This document shows positions 1-9,081 of a DNA stretch of 64,000 nucleotides, piece after piece. A program made the position numbers and the translations under genes. Position 1 is the stretch's first letter, and every line of letters begins with the position of its first letter. The notes beneath the pieces were generated by a model. That model ran no database searches. It worked only from the letters and a program-made list of their open reading frames with translations, and was not told the origin of the DNA. Source of the stretch: an uncultured Sphingobacterium sp. (GTDB taxonomy: Bacteria > Bacteroidota > Bacteroidia > Sphingobacteriales > Sphingobacteriaceae); assembly GCA_947630335.1 (NCBI GenBank), contig CANRHE010000001.1, forward strand, positions 620-64,619, in the 5' to 3' direction.

Positions 1-282
1 CTTTGAAGACAACTCCGCTCCATACGAACCTTGAACACAATGATCTGGCCAAAGCACCTGATCAATACCATTTACTAAAGTAGTCGTAAAAACTACCCCA
101 TCGACATGATTTGACGCAAAACTTTGATGATCCAAAGGGTGCCAATCTTGGGTAGCTACAACAATATTATAGCGCGACTGTATACCATTTATCAAATCAA
201 TTATCTCATCGCCAAAATCAACAGAAAGGCTACCCCCTGGTAGAAAATCATTCTGAATATCAACAATAACTAAAGCTTTCAT
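1..282 (-). CDS. pncA: Nicotinamidase/pyrazinamidase (5' part; runs off window)
   Basis: Not in ORF track. Manual translation from ATG at 282: MKALVIVDIQNDFLPGGSL...VVATQDWHP...LWPDHCVQGSYGAEL, the isochorismatase-family PncA motifs. Confidence 0.93.
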   Translation of the reverse strand, partial: MKALVIVDIQNDFLPGGSLSVDFGDEIIDLINGIQSRYNIVVATQDWHPLDHQSFASNHVDGVVFTTTLVNGIDQVLWPDHCVQGSYGAELSSK

Positions 283-292
283 AGTTGAAAAA

Positions 293-964
293 TTACGATA
301 TTTTCATAATATAACCCACACCTCTCACATTTGTAATCCTAATTCGATCATCTTTTACAAAATACTTGCGTATACGACTAATAAATACATCTAAACTACG
401 TCCTGTAAAATAAGTATCATCTTTCCAATAGGTCTTGATAATTTCCTCTCTTGGAACTACTACCTCTTTATTCTCATAAAGGCGTCTAATCAATTCTGTC
501 TCTCTAAATGAAAGACGCTCAATAATAGATCCGTGGCTCAAAAGATTGCGATTAGTATCCAAGACGTAGTCGCCAATATTATAAATCATAGCCGTAGATC
601 GCATAGCTCTTTTCGTCAATGCCTCTATTCTTACGACCAGCTCCTCAACTTTAAATGGCTTCCTGATATAATCATTCGCTCCTATATGAAATCCTTTCAC
701 TACATCTTCAGCCTGTGTTAAAGCAGACAAAAAAATAATTGGAACTTGTGGATCTATTCTTCTTACCTCAGTAGCAAGTGTATAACCATCCATCATAGGC
801 ATCATGATATCCATAACAATAACATCTGGTTTGTCGCGTTTGAACACGGCTAAGGCATCGAACCCATTCTCTCTATGAATGACTTCGAAACCGCTATCTT
901 CTAAGCTATCAGAAACTATTAGCGCCAAATTAACTTCATCTTCAACATACAATACTTTTATCAT
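293..964 (-). CDS. OmpR/PhoB-family response regulator
   Basis: Receiver domain (VEDE, DIMMP, KPF) plus winged-helix C-terminus (RSLDVFISRIRK, NVRGVGY). Confidence 0.95.
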   Translation of the reverse strand: MIKVLYVEDEVNLALIVSDSLEDSGFEVIHRENGFDALAVFKRDKPDVIVMDIMMPMMDGYTLATEVRRIDPQVPIIFLSALTQAEDVVKGFHIGANDYIRKPFKVEELVVRIEALTKRAMRSTAMIYNIGDYVLDTNRNLLSHGSIIERLSFRETELIRRLYENKEVVVPREEIIKTYWKDDTYFTGRSLDVFISRIRKYFVKDDRIRITNVRGVGYIMKIS

Positions 965-2379
965 AGTTCCACTGGTAAAATAATAGTAAAAATAGCTCCC
1001 TGTCCGACATCACTTTTCAAAGAGATAGTTCCTCCATGCTGCTCAACCACCTGTTTGACATAAGCTAGTCCCAGCCCCGACCCCTTTACAGGGTGAAGAT
1101 CGCCATGAGGAACCCTAAAAAACATATCAAAAACTTCTTTATGATAGTTAGAAGAAATACCAATGCCAAAATCTCGAACTTGAACAAAAAGAAAATTATC
1201 CTTCTTAAATAATCGAACTTCAACTTTAACCTTTCCTTCGGAATACTTTATTGCATTATCAAAAAGATTACTAAACACATTGCGGAGAAGCGAGAGATCA
1301 GCATCAATAAAATAAGAATCTTTCTCCTCATATTGCAAATCAAAATTCACTTCTTTAACTGCTCCCAACTGCGTAAGCTCAATGAGATCTGTCAAGAGCA
1401 AAATCATATTAACTTTTGAGCGATCTAACACAATACCATTAACTTCATCCACATTAAGCTGTAAGACCCTTTCTATTAAACCAGTTAAATGACTCAATTC
1501 TTTCTGCGAAATTTTTAAATACCGCTGCATTTTCTCTTTATCGTCCTTGGCGCCATAACGCTGCACAGCTTCAATAGCTGCCACCACAGTAGACACAGGA
1601 GTTTTTAACTCATGTGTCATATTATTAACAAATGATTTACGTAATATAGCCGATTTGGCCTGTCGATTAATGGTCACCAACAAATAAATAAAGGCTCCAA
1701 TAACTCCAATAATCATTAAAAAAGCTATAGTGATCTGCCAAATCATTTTTAAAAGAATATAAACTACGGGAGGGGCAAATTTGCCATTTAAATAATTACC
1801 GGTATGAGGATTAACTAGAATTGGTCTGGTATTTATCATACCTTGTGAATCCACAAAAATTTTGCGCCGTCCGCGAGGCCAATCTTTCTTCTGTTCCATT
1901 ATTACTTTAACATCAACTAATATGCCTTTTTCATGCAATGAAAGTGCTACAAGACTATCAATCTCTGCTAAAGCAGGGGCATCAAAATTAATTTGTTGTA
2001 AAACAAATAACGGAAGTAAATATTTAGAACTATCGGTTTTTCCTTTTAAATTATGATAATGATTATGCCGGGCTTTCCAAAAATCATCCATTAGTCCTTT
2101 AACCTCTGCAGAGTCTACGTTGGGGTAGAGTGTAATTAAATCATTAATAAACTCACTTTCAATAAGGCTTCTATAATTTTGGCGTTGATATTGGTGTATA
2201 GTCGTTTCGTGGTTTTCGTAATACCGTTGAACACTACTGGACAAACTGCGCTCCACTTCATTTGTTACAATTTCTAGTCTGTCGTTATAACTTCCATACA
2301 GCCAAATAGAAATTATGCTTACTATACCTATCAACGAAAAGATAATAATAAGCATCAATATTTTAAACTTTTTTAACAT
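961..2379 (-). CDS. Membrane sensor histidine kinase
   Basis: Two TM segments; H-box NMTHELKTP; N-box NLFDNAIKY; G-boxes DFGIGI and GSGLGL; 4-bp overlap with the regulator. Confidence 0.95.
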   Translation of the reverse strand: MLKKFKILMLIIIFSLIGIVSIISIWLYGSYNDRLEIVTNEVERSLSSSVQRYYENHETTIHQYQRQNYRSLIESEFINDLITLYPNVDSAEVKGLMDDFWKARHNHYHNLKGKTDSSKYLLPLFVLQQINFDAPALAEIDSLVALSLHEKGILVDVKVIMEQKKDWPRGRRKIFVDSQGMINTRPILVNPHTGNYLNGKFAPPVVYILLKMIWQITIAFLMIIGVIGAFIYLLVTINRQAKSAILRKSFVNNMTHELKTPVSTVVAAIEAVQRYGAKDDKEKMQRYLKISQKELSHLTGLIERVLQLNVDEVNGIVLDRSKVNMILLLTDLIELTQLGAVKEVNFDLQYEEKDSYFIDADLSLLRNVFSNLFDNAIKYSEGKVKVEVRLFKKDNFLFVQVRDFGIGISSNYHKEVFDMFFRVPHGDLHPVKGSGLGLAYVKQVVEQHGGTISLKSDVGQGAIFTIILPVEL

Positions 2380-2430
2380 GATTAAAACAAATTTAAATTC
2401 TTAGATTTGCTCCACAAATTACTGTAAGAG

Positions 2431-2480
2431 ATATTTAACAATTTATAACACATATTAACAGTTGGTATTACTTACATTTG
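2431..2480 (+). promoter_or_regulatory. Three 10-bp phased TAACA boxes plus Bacteroidota -7 element
   Basis: atattTAACA atttaTAACA catatTAACA, then TACATTTG (2473-2480), matching TAnnTTTG. Confidence 0.6.
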
Positions 2481-2497
2481 CATAGTAACGAATATAT

Positions 2498-3865
2498 ATG
2501 GGTCAATTATTACACTTTAGATTATTTTGTATTTGCGCATTACTGTTAGGAACGACTACATTTTATAGTTGTGATAAAGACACCAGTATATCCCTTGGTC
2601 GAGCTGATGAAAACATAGGAGTAATTACTATGGATTCAATGACCGTATTTACGGCTACTCATCAATTACTTAACTTACCATCAACTGGCACTGGAAGAGT
2701 ACTAATTGGTAGAGCTTTTCAAGAAAATATTGGTGCAATCAGCTCCTCATCTTATACAAGGTTATTATTTGAATCATTAAACAATGATATTCCATCAGAA
2801 GCTATATTTGACTCGGTAAATGTAATATTAAGACCTGCACAAGATAGGTATTATTATGGCGATACAACCAAAAATCAACAAATTGCTGTTCACCGTGTAA
2901 CTGAGGAAATAAAAACTACTGATATAACCAATTCAATTGACAATTTTAATACTCCGATTTACGTTACGGGTCCAACAATTTTTAATAACCAATCTTTCAG
3001 CTATGAAAGTACAGCTCTAGGAAAATTAAATTTCAAACCCCTTGTAAAAAGCATGGATAGTATTTCGGTTAAGTTGGATTATAATTTTGGGAAAGACCTA
3101 TTCGACAAAGTAGTATCAAACGATTATAATGTAAATACCAATGAATCTTTGATCAACTACTTAAAGGGCATAGTTTTAATACCTGATAATAACAACACCG
3201 TTATGCTAGGTCTTAGTGATTCAATTTATGTTAATCTGAATTATTCGTATATTGGATCTGATGGATTTAAGAAAACAGGTGTAAAGAGTTTAGTTACTGC
3301 TTCAAAAGCTTACCAATTTAATAACATTACTTACGATCGTTCAGGCACTCCTTTTGCAACTTTGGATAATCAACAAAATAGAACATTAGAAAGTGACGTA
3401 ACGAATGGTCAAGTATTGATTCAAGCTGGCGCAGGTGTTGTCGCGAAAATAGACATTCCTTCGTTAAATGAGTTCATGAACAATAAAGATATAGCAATAA
3501 ATAAGATTGAGCTTATCGTAGAAACGACAGGCAGAAATTATGGATATTATCCGAATCCTAATGCTTTGATGCTATTAGTTCAAAACAAAAATGGCGTACC
3601 AGTATCTTATATTACGAGTCCTTTTTCAAATACTATACAAAATGCTTCATTAGTAATGGGTAGTGAGACTGGCGTAAATACCTCGTACTCATTCAATTTA
3701 ATTGACTACGTAAACAAGGTAAACACACCTTTATATCAAGGTACATCCTTATTACTATCATCATCATCTCCAGCTTTATTTAACAGCAGCAATGCCGCTT
3801 TATTAGCTACTGAGAATGGCAAACCAAAAATAAAATTAAACATCGTATATACTAAATTTAAATAA
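2498..3865 (+). CDS. DUF4270-like lipoprotein
   Basis: Lipobox FYSC-DKD; beta-rich; GIVLIPD and IQAGAG segments and a PKIKLNIVYTK C-terminus resemble DUF4270 proteins. Confidence 0.7.
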   Translation: MGQLLHFRLFCICALLLGTTTFYSCDKDTSISLGRADENIGVITMDSMTVFTATHQLLNLPSTGTGRVLIGRAFQENIGAISSSSYTRLLFESLNNDIPSEAIFDSVNVILRPAQDRYYYGDTTKNQQIAVHRVTEEIKTTDITNSIDNFNTPIYVTGPTIFNNQSFSYESTALGKLNFKPLVKSMDSISVKLDYNFGKDLFDKVVSNDYNVNTNESLINYLKGIVLIPDNNNTVMLGLSDSIYVNLNYSYIGSDGFKKTGVKSLVTASKAYQFNNITYDRSGTPFATLDNQQNRTLESDVTNGQVLIQAGAGVVAKIDIPSLNEFMNNKDIAINKIELIVETTGRNYGYYPNPNALMLLVQNKNGVPVSYITSPFSNTIQNASLVMGSETGVNTSYSFNLIDYVNKVNTPLYQGTSLLLSSSSPALFNSSNAALLATENGKPKIKLNIVYTKFK

Positions 3866-3868
3866 TTT

Positions 3869-4855
3869 ATGATTAAGAAAAATTGGCTGTGTTTATTAGT
3901 AGCCGGCGCTCTTACACTAACAGCATTCAACTCTTGTAAGAAAAGTGATGACAGCGATTCTTCAGATAATGGTCCAACTGAATGGACTAAAGGTTCTGCT
4001 TTTGATGGTGATCCTAGAAGTTTTGCAGCATCTTTTCAAATTGAAAACACAGGTTATTTAGCTACTGGTATTTTATCAACTAATGAACGTGTTAAAGATG
4101 CTTGGTCATTTAATAATAATATATGGACGAAGTTACCTGACTTTGGCGGCGAAGCTAGAAATGGTGCAGTAGGCTTTTCTGTTGATGGGAAGGGTTATAT
4201 TGGTACAGGTTTCAATGGAACTGATGTATTATCTGATTTTTGGAAATACGATCCAGCTACTAAAGAATGGTCTCAAATAGCAGATTTTCCTGGAGAAGCG
4301 CGTTATGGAGCAGTAGCATTTACATTAAATGGTTATGGATATGTAGGTACTGGAGCAACTAAGACGCAAAAAACACTTAAAGATTTTTACAAATACGATC
4401 CTAAGACTGATACTTGGACTGTTGTAAATACACCATTCCAAAACAAACGCGTTAACGCATTTGCATTTGTTATTGGTAATAAGGCATATATTGGAGGTGG
4501 ATTTGATAACAATCAGTACCCAGAAGATTTTTATTCATTTGATGGAGAAAACTTCAAAGAAGCGGCTCCTTTAAAAAATACTGATGCGACATATGATTTA
4601 ACTCGTCAAGCTGCATCAACATTTGTAATTGGAAATTATGGCTATGTTGTAGGTGGTAAAAAAGGTGCGGTATTAAACACTACATGGAAGTATGATCCAT
4701 CTACTAATGAATGGGTAGACAAACACCAAGCTTTGATTCAAAATGCTCGTGAAGGTGCTGTATCTTACTCAATCAGTGGTAAAGGTTACCTTACAACAGG
4801 AGCAAATGGTTCTTACAAATTTGATGATACATGGATTTTCACTCCAGTCAGATAA
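3869..4855 (+). CDS. Kelch-repeat beta-propeller lipoprotein
   Basis: Lipobox FNSC-KKSDD; about 6 Kelch repeats (R.gAvgF.i.gkGYiGtG...DFWKYDP...W). Confidence 0.88.
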   Translation: MIKKNWLCLLVAGALTLTAFNSCKKSDDSDSSDNGPTEWTKGSAFDGDPRSFAASFQIENTGYLATGILSTNERVKDAWSFNNNIWTKLPDFGGEARNGAVGFSVDGKGYIGTGFNGTDVLSDFWKYDPATKEWSQIADFPGEARYGAVAFTLNGYGYVGTGATKTQKTLKDFYKYDPKTDTWTVVNTPFQNKRVNAFAFVIGNKAYIGGGFDNNQYPEDFYSFDGENFKEAAPLKNTDATYDLTRQAASTFVIGNYGYVVGGKKGAVLNTTWKYDPSTNEWVDKHQALIQNAREGAVSYSISGKGYLTTGANGSYKFDDTWIFTPVR

Positions 4856-4870
4856 TTAATTAAAATATAC

Positions 4871-4927
4871 TATTATAAATAAAGAAGTCCTAGTAATAAT
4901 ATTACTAGGACTTCTTTATTTATAATA
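4871..4927. terminator. Perfect 28-bp-arm palindrome, probable bidirectional terminator
   Basis: TATTATAAATAAAGAAGTCCTAGTAATA-A-TATTACTAGGACTTCTTTATTTATAATA. Confidence 0.8.
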
Positions 4928-4937
4928 TCCTTTAGAA

Positions 4938-5039
4938 TCAAAAGGTAAAGTAACATATTACAGCTACTATTATGATCATGAAAAGATTAAGGATCATCAA
5001 ATTAAATAAACTCCGTGAAGCCGTATTATTTTTCTTCAT
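4938..5039 (-). CDS. Putative 33-aa single-pass membrane peptide
   Basis: Manual translation MKKNNTASRSLFNLMILNLFMIIIVAVICYFTF*; A at -3; lies between two terminator hairpins. Confidence 0.45.
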   Translation of the reverse strand: MKKNNTASRSLFNLMILNLFMIIIVAVICYFTF

Positions 5040-5101
5040 ATTCAATAACATAGTGTTTACAATTCTATTGGTAATTTAAATTATTACAATATAGCAAAAA
5101 C

Positions 5102-5158
5102 TACACCAATAAAAATGGAGGGTAGCAAAAATACCTACCCTCCATTTTTATTGGTGTA
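5102..5158. terminator. asd terminator (24-bp arms)
   Basis: TACACCAATAAAAATGGAGGGTAG...CTACCCTCCATTTTTATTGGTGTA. Confidence 0.85.
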
Positions 5159-5168
5159 CTGTTAAAGA

Positions 5169-6158
5169 CTAAATTAAACTATTCTTTAACAAATACTCGG
5201 CAATTTGTACGGTATTAGTGGCTGCACCTTTTCTCAAATTATCAGCAACAATCCACATATTAACTGTTTTGGGCTGAGACTCATCTCGACGTATTCTTCC
5301 TACAAAAACATCATCTTTACCATGAGCATCGCGAGGCATTGGATATTCTAAATTAGCAGGGTTATCAATAACTATAATCCCTTCTTGATTACGAAGCGCT
5401 TCACGTAATTCATTCAAATCAAAATCATTTTCAAATTCAATATTTACAGATTCTGAGTGACCTCCGATTACAGGAATGCGAACAGTAGTAGCTGTAACCT
5501 TAATAGAATCGTCTCCTAGAATTTTATTTGTTTCTAAAATCATTTTCATCTCCTCTTTTGTATATCCATTTTCTTGAAAAACATCGATATGAGGAATAAC
5601 ATTCAAATCAATTGTATATGGATAAGCCTTTTCACCTTCTATACCAGCACGCTCATCATTAAGTTGTTGCACTGCTTTAACACCTGTACCAGTAACAGAT
5701 TGATAAGTTGAAACAACCACCCTCTTAATCTTATACTTTTCATGTAGAGGCTTCAATGCTACCACCATTTGCGTGGTAGAACAATTTGGATTAGCAATAA
5801 TTTTATCTTCCGCTGTTAATACATCACCATTGACCTCAGGAACCACTAATTTTTTGGTAGGGTCCATACGCCAAGCCGAAGAGTTATCAATAACTGTAAT
5901 ACCCGCCTCAGCATATAATGGAGCAAGTTCTTTGGATAAATCTCCACCTGCTGAGAATAACGCCACAGCAGGACTTAAAGCAATAGCTTCTAGAGGCGTT
6001 ACAATCTTATACTTCTTACCCTTAAACTCCACTTCCTTGCCCTTACTTCTCTCAGAAGCTACAGGAATTAATTCCGTTACAGGAAAGTTTCTTTCCGCTA
6101 AAACTGTCAACATCTCTGACCCAACTAAACCAGTCGCGCCAACTACTGCTACTTTCAT
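5169..6158 (-). CDS. asd: Aspartate-semialdehyde dehydrogenase
   Basis: VGATGLVG, IDNSSAWRM, ANPNCST, STYQSVTGTG, DNLRKGAA. Confidence 0.97.
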   Translation of the reverse strand: MKVAVVGATGLVGSEMLTVLAERNFPVTELIPVASERSKGKEVEFKGKKYKIVTPLEAIALSPAVALFSAGGDLSKELAPLYAEAGITVIDNSSAWRMDPTKKLVVPEVNGDVLTAEDKIIANPNCSTTQMVVALKPLHEKYKIKRVVVSTYQSVTGTGVKAVQQLNDERAGIEGEKAYPYTIDLNVIPHIDVFQENGYTKEEMKMILETNKILGDDSIKVTATTVRIPVIGGHSESVNIEFENDFDLNELREALRNQEGIIVIDNPANLEYPMPRDAHGKDDVFVGRIRRDESQPKTVNMWIVADNLRKGAATNTVQIAEYLLKNSLI

Positions 6159-6665
6159 CTTTTAAAATATGTTTAAATTGAATTATTTATTTCTATTACT
6201 CAAACATAATGAATATTAAACTAGATTCTATAAATATTTTTACATTATTCACAATTATAAAACATTAAAATGTCAAAAAACACATAATAAATCTATAAAA
6301 TTATAAATTTCACAAATACAGCTTGAATTATTTCTTATCAATAAAGGGCTGAATTAGGTTAATAGCAAAAAAAAAGAAAAAAAATTTATCAAATATTACT
6401 TATGAAAAAATGAAAGCTCATCACAACATAAAAGAATTAAATACATAAACATTAAAATAATCTTAAAATAACTCAACCGATTGATTCGTACAGAAAACGC
6501 AATAATCAAAAAAAACATAGTCTAAATAATTAAAATTTAATCCATTGAAAGGTTCAATTAAGGCGTATTAAACAGGATTGAAGTTATCAGATTACCTGCT
6601 TAATCTCGCCTCTAAAAGACTATGCTATTGACAAAAACAGGATAAAAAAAGTATCTTTGTTCATC

Positions 6666-7610
6666 ATGACAGAAACGATTGTACTACTAGGATCAAATGG
6701 ACAAATAGGCTCAGAATTAGCCGTTGCCCTACGCGCCAAATTCGGTGTATCAAATGTAATTACCTCAGATATTCGCGAACCTAAAAACTTAGGTGAAGGA
6801 GAGATATTCGAAGCAATCAATGTTTTAGACAAAGAGGCTTTAAAATTACTTTTCGAAAAACATAAACCTACTCAAGTATATCTATTAGCAGCTATGCTTT
6901 CTGCTACTGGAGAACAGTATCCTTTGAAAGCTTGGGACCTTAATATGAATGGTCTTCTAAACGTATTAAACCTTTGTGTAGAATTAGGTATTAAGAAAGT
7001 ATTTTGGCCAAGTTCTATTGCCGTATTTGGCCCTCATTCGCCTAAAGTAAATACGCCTCAATATTGCGTAATGGACCCTAATAGTATATACGGTATTAGT
7101 AAATTAGCTGGCGAACGTCTGTGCGAATATTATACAGAAAAATACAATTTAGACATTCGTAGTATTCGTTATCCAGGCATTATTTCTTGGAAAACTGCTC
7201 CAGGAGGTGGTACAACTGACTATGCTGTACATATCTTTTTTGAAGCACTTGCTAAAGGGCGTTATGAAAGCTTCTTGAGCGAAAATACAGCATTACCTAT
7301 GATGTATATGGATGACGCTGTACGTGCCACCATTCAACTCATGGATGCTCCTGCCGAAAAATTACGTATACGTTCTAGCTATAACTTAGCGGGTATTTCT
7401 TTTACTCCTACAGAAATAGCACAAGAAGTTAAAAAAATTCTTCCTAATTTTGAGATGTCTTATTCGCAAGGGGATCCTAGACAAGCTATTGCTGACTCTT
7501 GGCCTCAAAGCATTGATGATGAATATGCGCGAGAAGACTGGAATTGGGAAATAAAATATGATTTGACAACCATGACCAAAGACATGATTGAGAATCTTAA
7601 AAACAACTAA
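6666..7610 (+). CDS. Extended SDR NAD-dependent epimerase/dehydratase, L-threonine 3-dehydrogenase-like
   Basis: GSNGQIG, LAAMLSATGE, YGISK, PGGGTTDYAV, RQAIADSWP. ATG 6666 chosen because TATCTTTG lies just upstream. Confidence 0.85.
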   Translation: MTETIVLLGSNGQIGSELAVALRAKFGVSNVITSDIREPKNLGEGEIFEAINVLDKEALKLLFEKHKPTQVYLLAAMLSATGEQYPLKAWDLNMNGLLNVLNLCVELGIKKVFWPSSIAVFGPHSPKVNTPQYCVMDPNSIYGISKLAGERLCEYYTEKYNLDIRSIRYPGIISWKTAPGGGTTDYAVHIFFEALAKGRYESFLSENTALPMMYMDDAVRATIQLMDAPAEKLRIRSSYNLAGISFTPTEIAQEVKKILPNFEMSYSQGDPRQAIADSWPQSIDDEYAREDWNWEIKYDLTTMTKDMIENLKNN

Positions 7611-7621
7611 ATAATAAGAAA

Positions 7622-8347
7622 ATGGGTAGAGCATTCGAATTCAGGAAAGAAAGAAAGTTTAAACGCTGGGCTAAAATGGCAATTCAATTTACACGCTTAG
7701 GTAAAGAGATTGCTATCGCTGTAAAAGAAGGCGGTACTCACCCAGAAAATAACTCTAGATTACGCACAGCAATTCAAAATGCTAAAGCAGTCAACATGCC
7801 TAAAGACCGTGTTGAAGCAGCAATAAAAAGAGCTTCTGAAAAAGATGCAAAAGGATATGAAGAGTATGTTTATGAAGGATATGGCCCACATGGAGTACCT
7901 GTTCTAATCGAAACAGCGACAGACAACACGAACCGTACAGTTGCAAATATTCGAAGTTATTTCACTAAAGCTGGCGGTTCTTTAGGAAAGACAGGTTCTT
8001 TAGACTTTATTTTCAATCGTAAATCAATATTTAGATTTCCAGCAACTGAAGATTTAGATACGGAGGAGTTAGAGTTAGAGCTAATTGATGGTGGCTTAGA
8101 AGAGCTATATATCGAAGCTGACGAAGAAGGAAATGACATTGTAGTTGTACAGACCTCTTTCGAAGACTTCGGAAATATGCAACGTCTTTTGGAAGAAAAA
8201 GGAATCGAAGTAAAATCTGCTAAATTAGAACGTATAGCTTTATCACATACAACATTGACAGAAGAGGAAGCTGCAGATGTACTAAAAATGATTGATAAAA
8301 TAGAGGAGGACGATGACGTTCAAGCTGTTTATCATAATATGGAATAA
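7622..8347 (+). CDS. yebC: YebC/PmpR (TACO1) family protein
   Basis: MGRAFEFRK, YEGYGPHGV, TDNTNRT, EEDDDVQAVYHN. Confidence 0.95.
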   Translation: MGRAFEFRKERKFKRWAKMAIQFTRLGKEIAIAVKEGGTHPENNSRLRTAIQNAKAVNMPKDRVEAAIKRASEKDAKGYEEYVYEGYGPHGVPVLIETATDNTNRTVANIRSYFTKAGGSLGKTGSLDFIFNRKSIFRFPATEDLDTEELELELIDGGLEELYIEADEEGNDIVVVQTSFEDFGNMQRLLEEKGIEVKSAKLERIALSHTTLTEEEAADVLKMIDKIEEDDDVQAVYHNME

Positions 8348-8370
8348 TAAATAAGCAAAATATCACGTTT

Positions 8371-8396
8371 AAAGGAGGGTTCTACCCTCCTTTTTT
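8371..8396 (+). terminator. Intrinsic terminator
   Basis: AAAGGAGGGT-TCT-ACCCTCCTTTTTT. Confidence 0.8.
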
Positions 8397-8424
8397 ATAT
8401 ATTAACAAATCATTACCTTTGATA

Positions 8425-9057
8425 ATGCTAAGTTTTGAAGATTTTTTCAGCAAAAAGAAAATAAATTTGGACGCTCTTAAAATAGCGGATAAACCCTTAT
8501 ATGATGAATTTAAAGCACATTATCAATTAATGGGCGAGAAAAGCTTTGATCATACAAAGAAATTTTGGTTCAATAAATTAAGGAAATCATTTCTTCTAGA
8601 GGAGAACGTAATAGAAGAAAAAGAAACAAAGAAAACTTCTACACCTAATTTCAAAGCTAAAATAACAAAGTCTGTTGAAAGCACAGATTCCAATGAAGGA
8701 AAGATTATTGAAAATGATAATCCTGACCAAGTAAAAACAGAGTCAACTAAACCTGCTGGTTTCAAACCTAGATTCAAAGCAGGAGTAACAAAGCCTGTGG
8801 AAAGCGCAGATGTAAATGAAGGCAACACGAGTGGAAATGAAAATCCGGATCAAGCAAATACTGAATCAACTAAACCTGCTGGTTTCAAACCTAGATTCAA
8901 AGCAGGAATAACAAAACCTGTGGAAAGCGCAGATGTAAATGAAGGCAACACGAGTGGAAATGAAGATCCTGACCAAGCAAAATCAGCGCCAACTAAACCT
9001 GCTGGTTTCAAACCTAGATTCAAAGCAGGAGTAACAAAAACTAATAATAAAGACTAA
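8425..9057 (+). CDS. Hypothetical protein with ~55-aa N-terminal domain and 41-aa repeats
   Basis: ORF with KPAGFKPRFKAG three times. Confidence 0.8.
   Translation: MLSFEDFFSKKKINLDALKIADKPLYDEFKAHYQLMGEKSFDHTKKFWFNKLRKSFLLEENVIEEKETKKTSTPNFKAKITKSVESTDSNEGKIIENDNPDQVKTESTKPAGFKPRFKAGVTKPVESADVNEGNTSGNENPDQANTESTKPAGFKPRFKAGITKPVESADVNEGNTSGNEDPDQAKSAPTKPAGFKPRFKAGVTKTNNKD
8650..9040 (+). repeat. 123-bp intragenic tandem repeat (~3 copies)
   Basis: ACTAAACCTGCTGGTTTCAAACCTAGATTCAAAGCAGGA starts at 8746, 8869 and 8992. Confidence 0.95.
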
Positions 9058-9081
9058 ATCAAATAATAATCAAACCAAATT

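Noticed and set aside
8650-9040. Repeat/spacer-like pattern as a CRISPR array
   Set aside because: 123-bp in-frame coding repeats with near-identical intervening sequence; no cas genes
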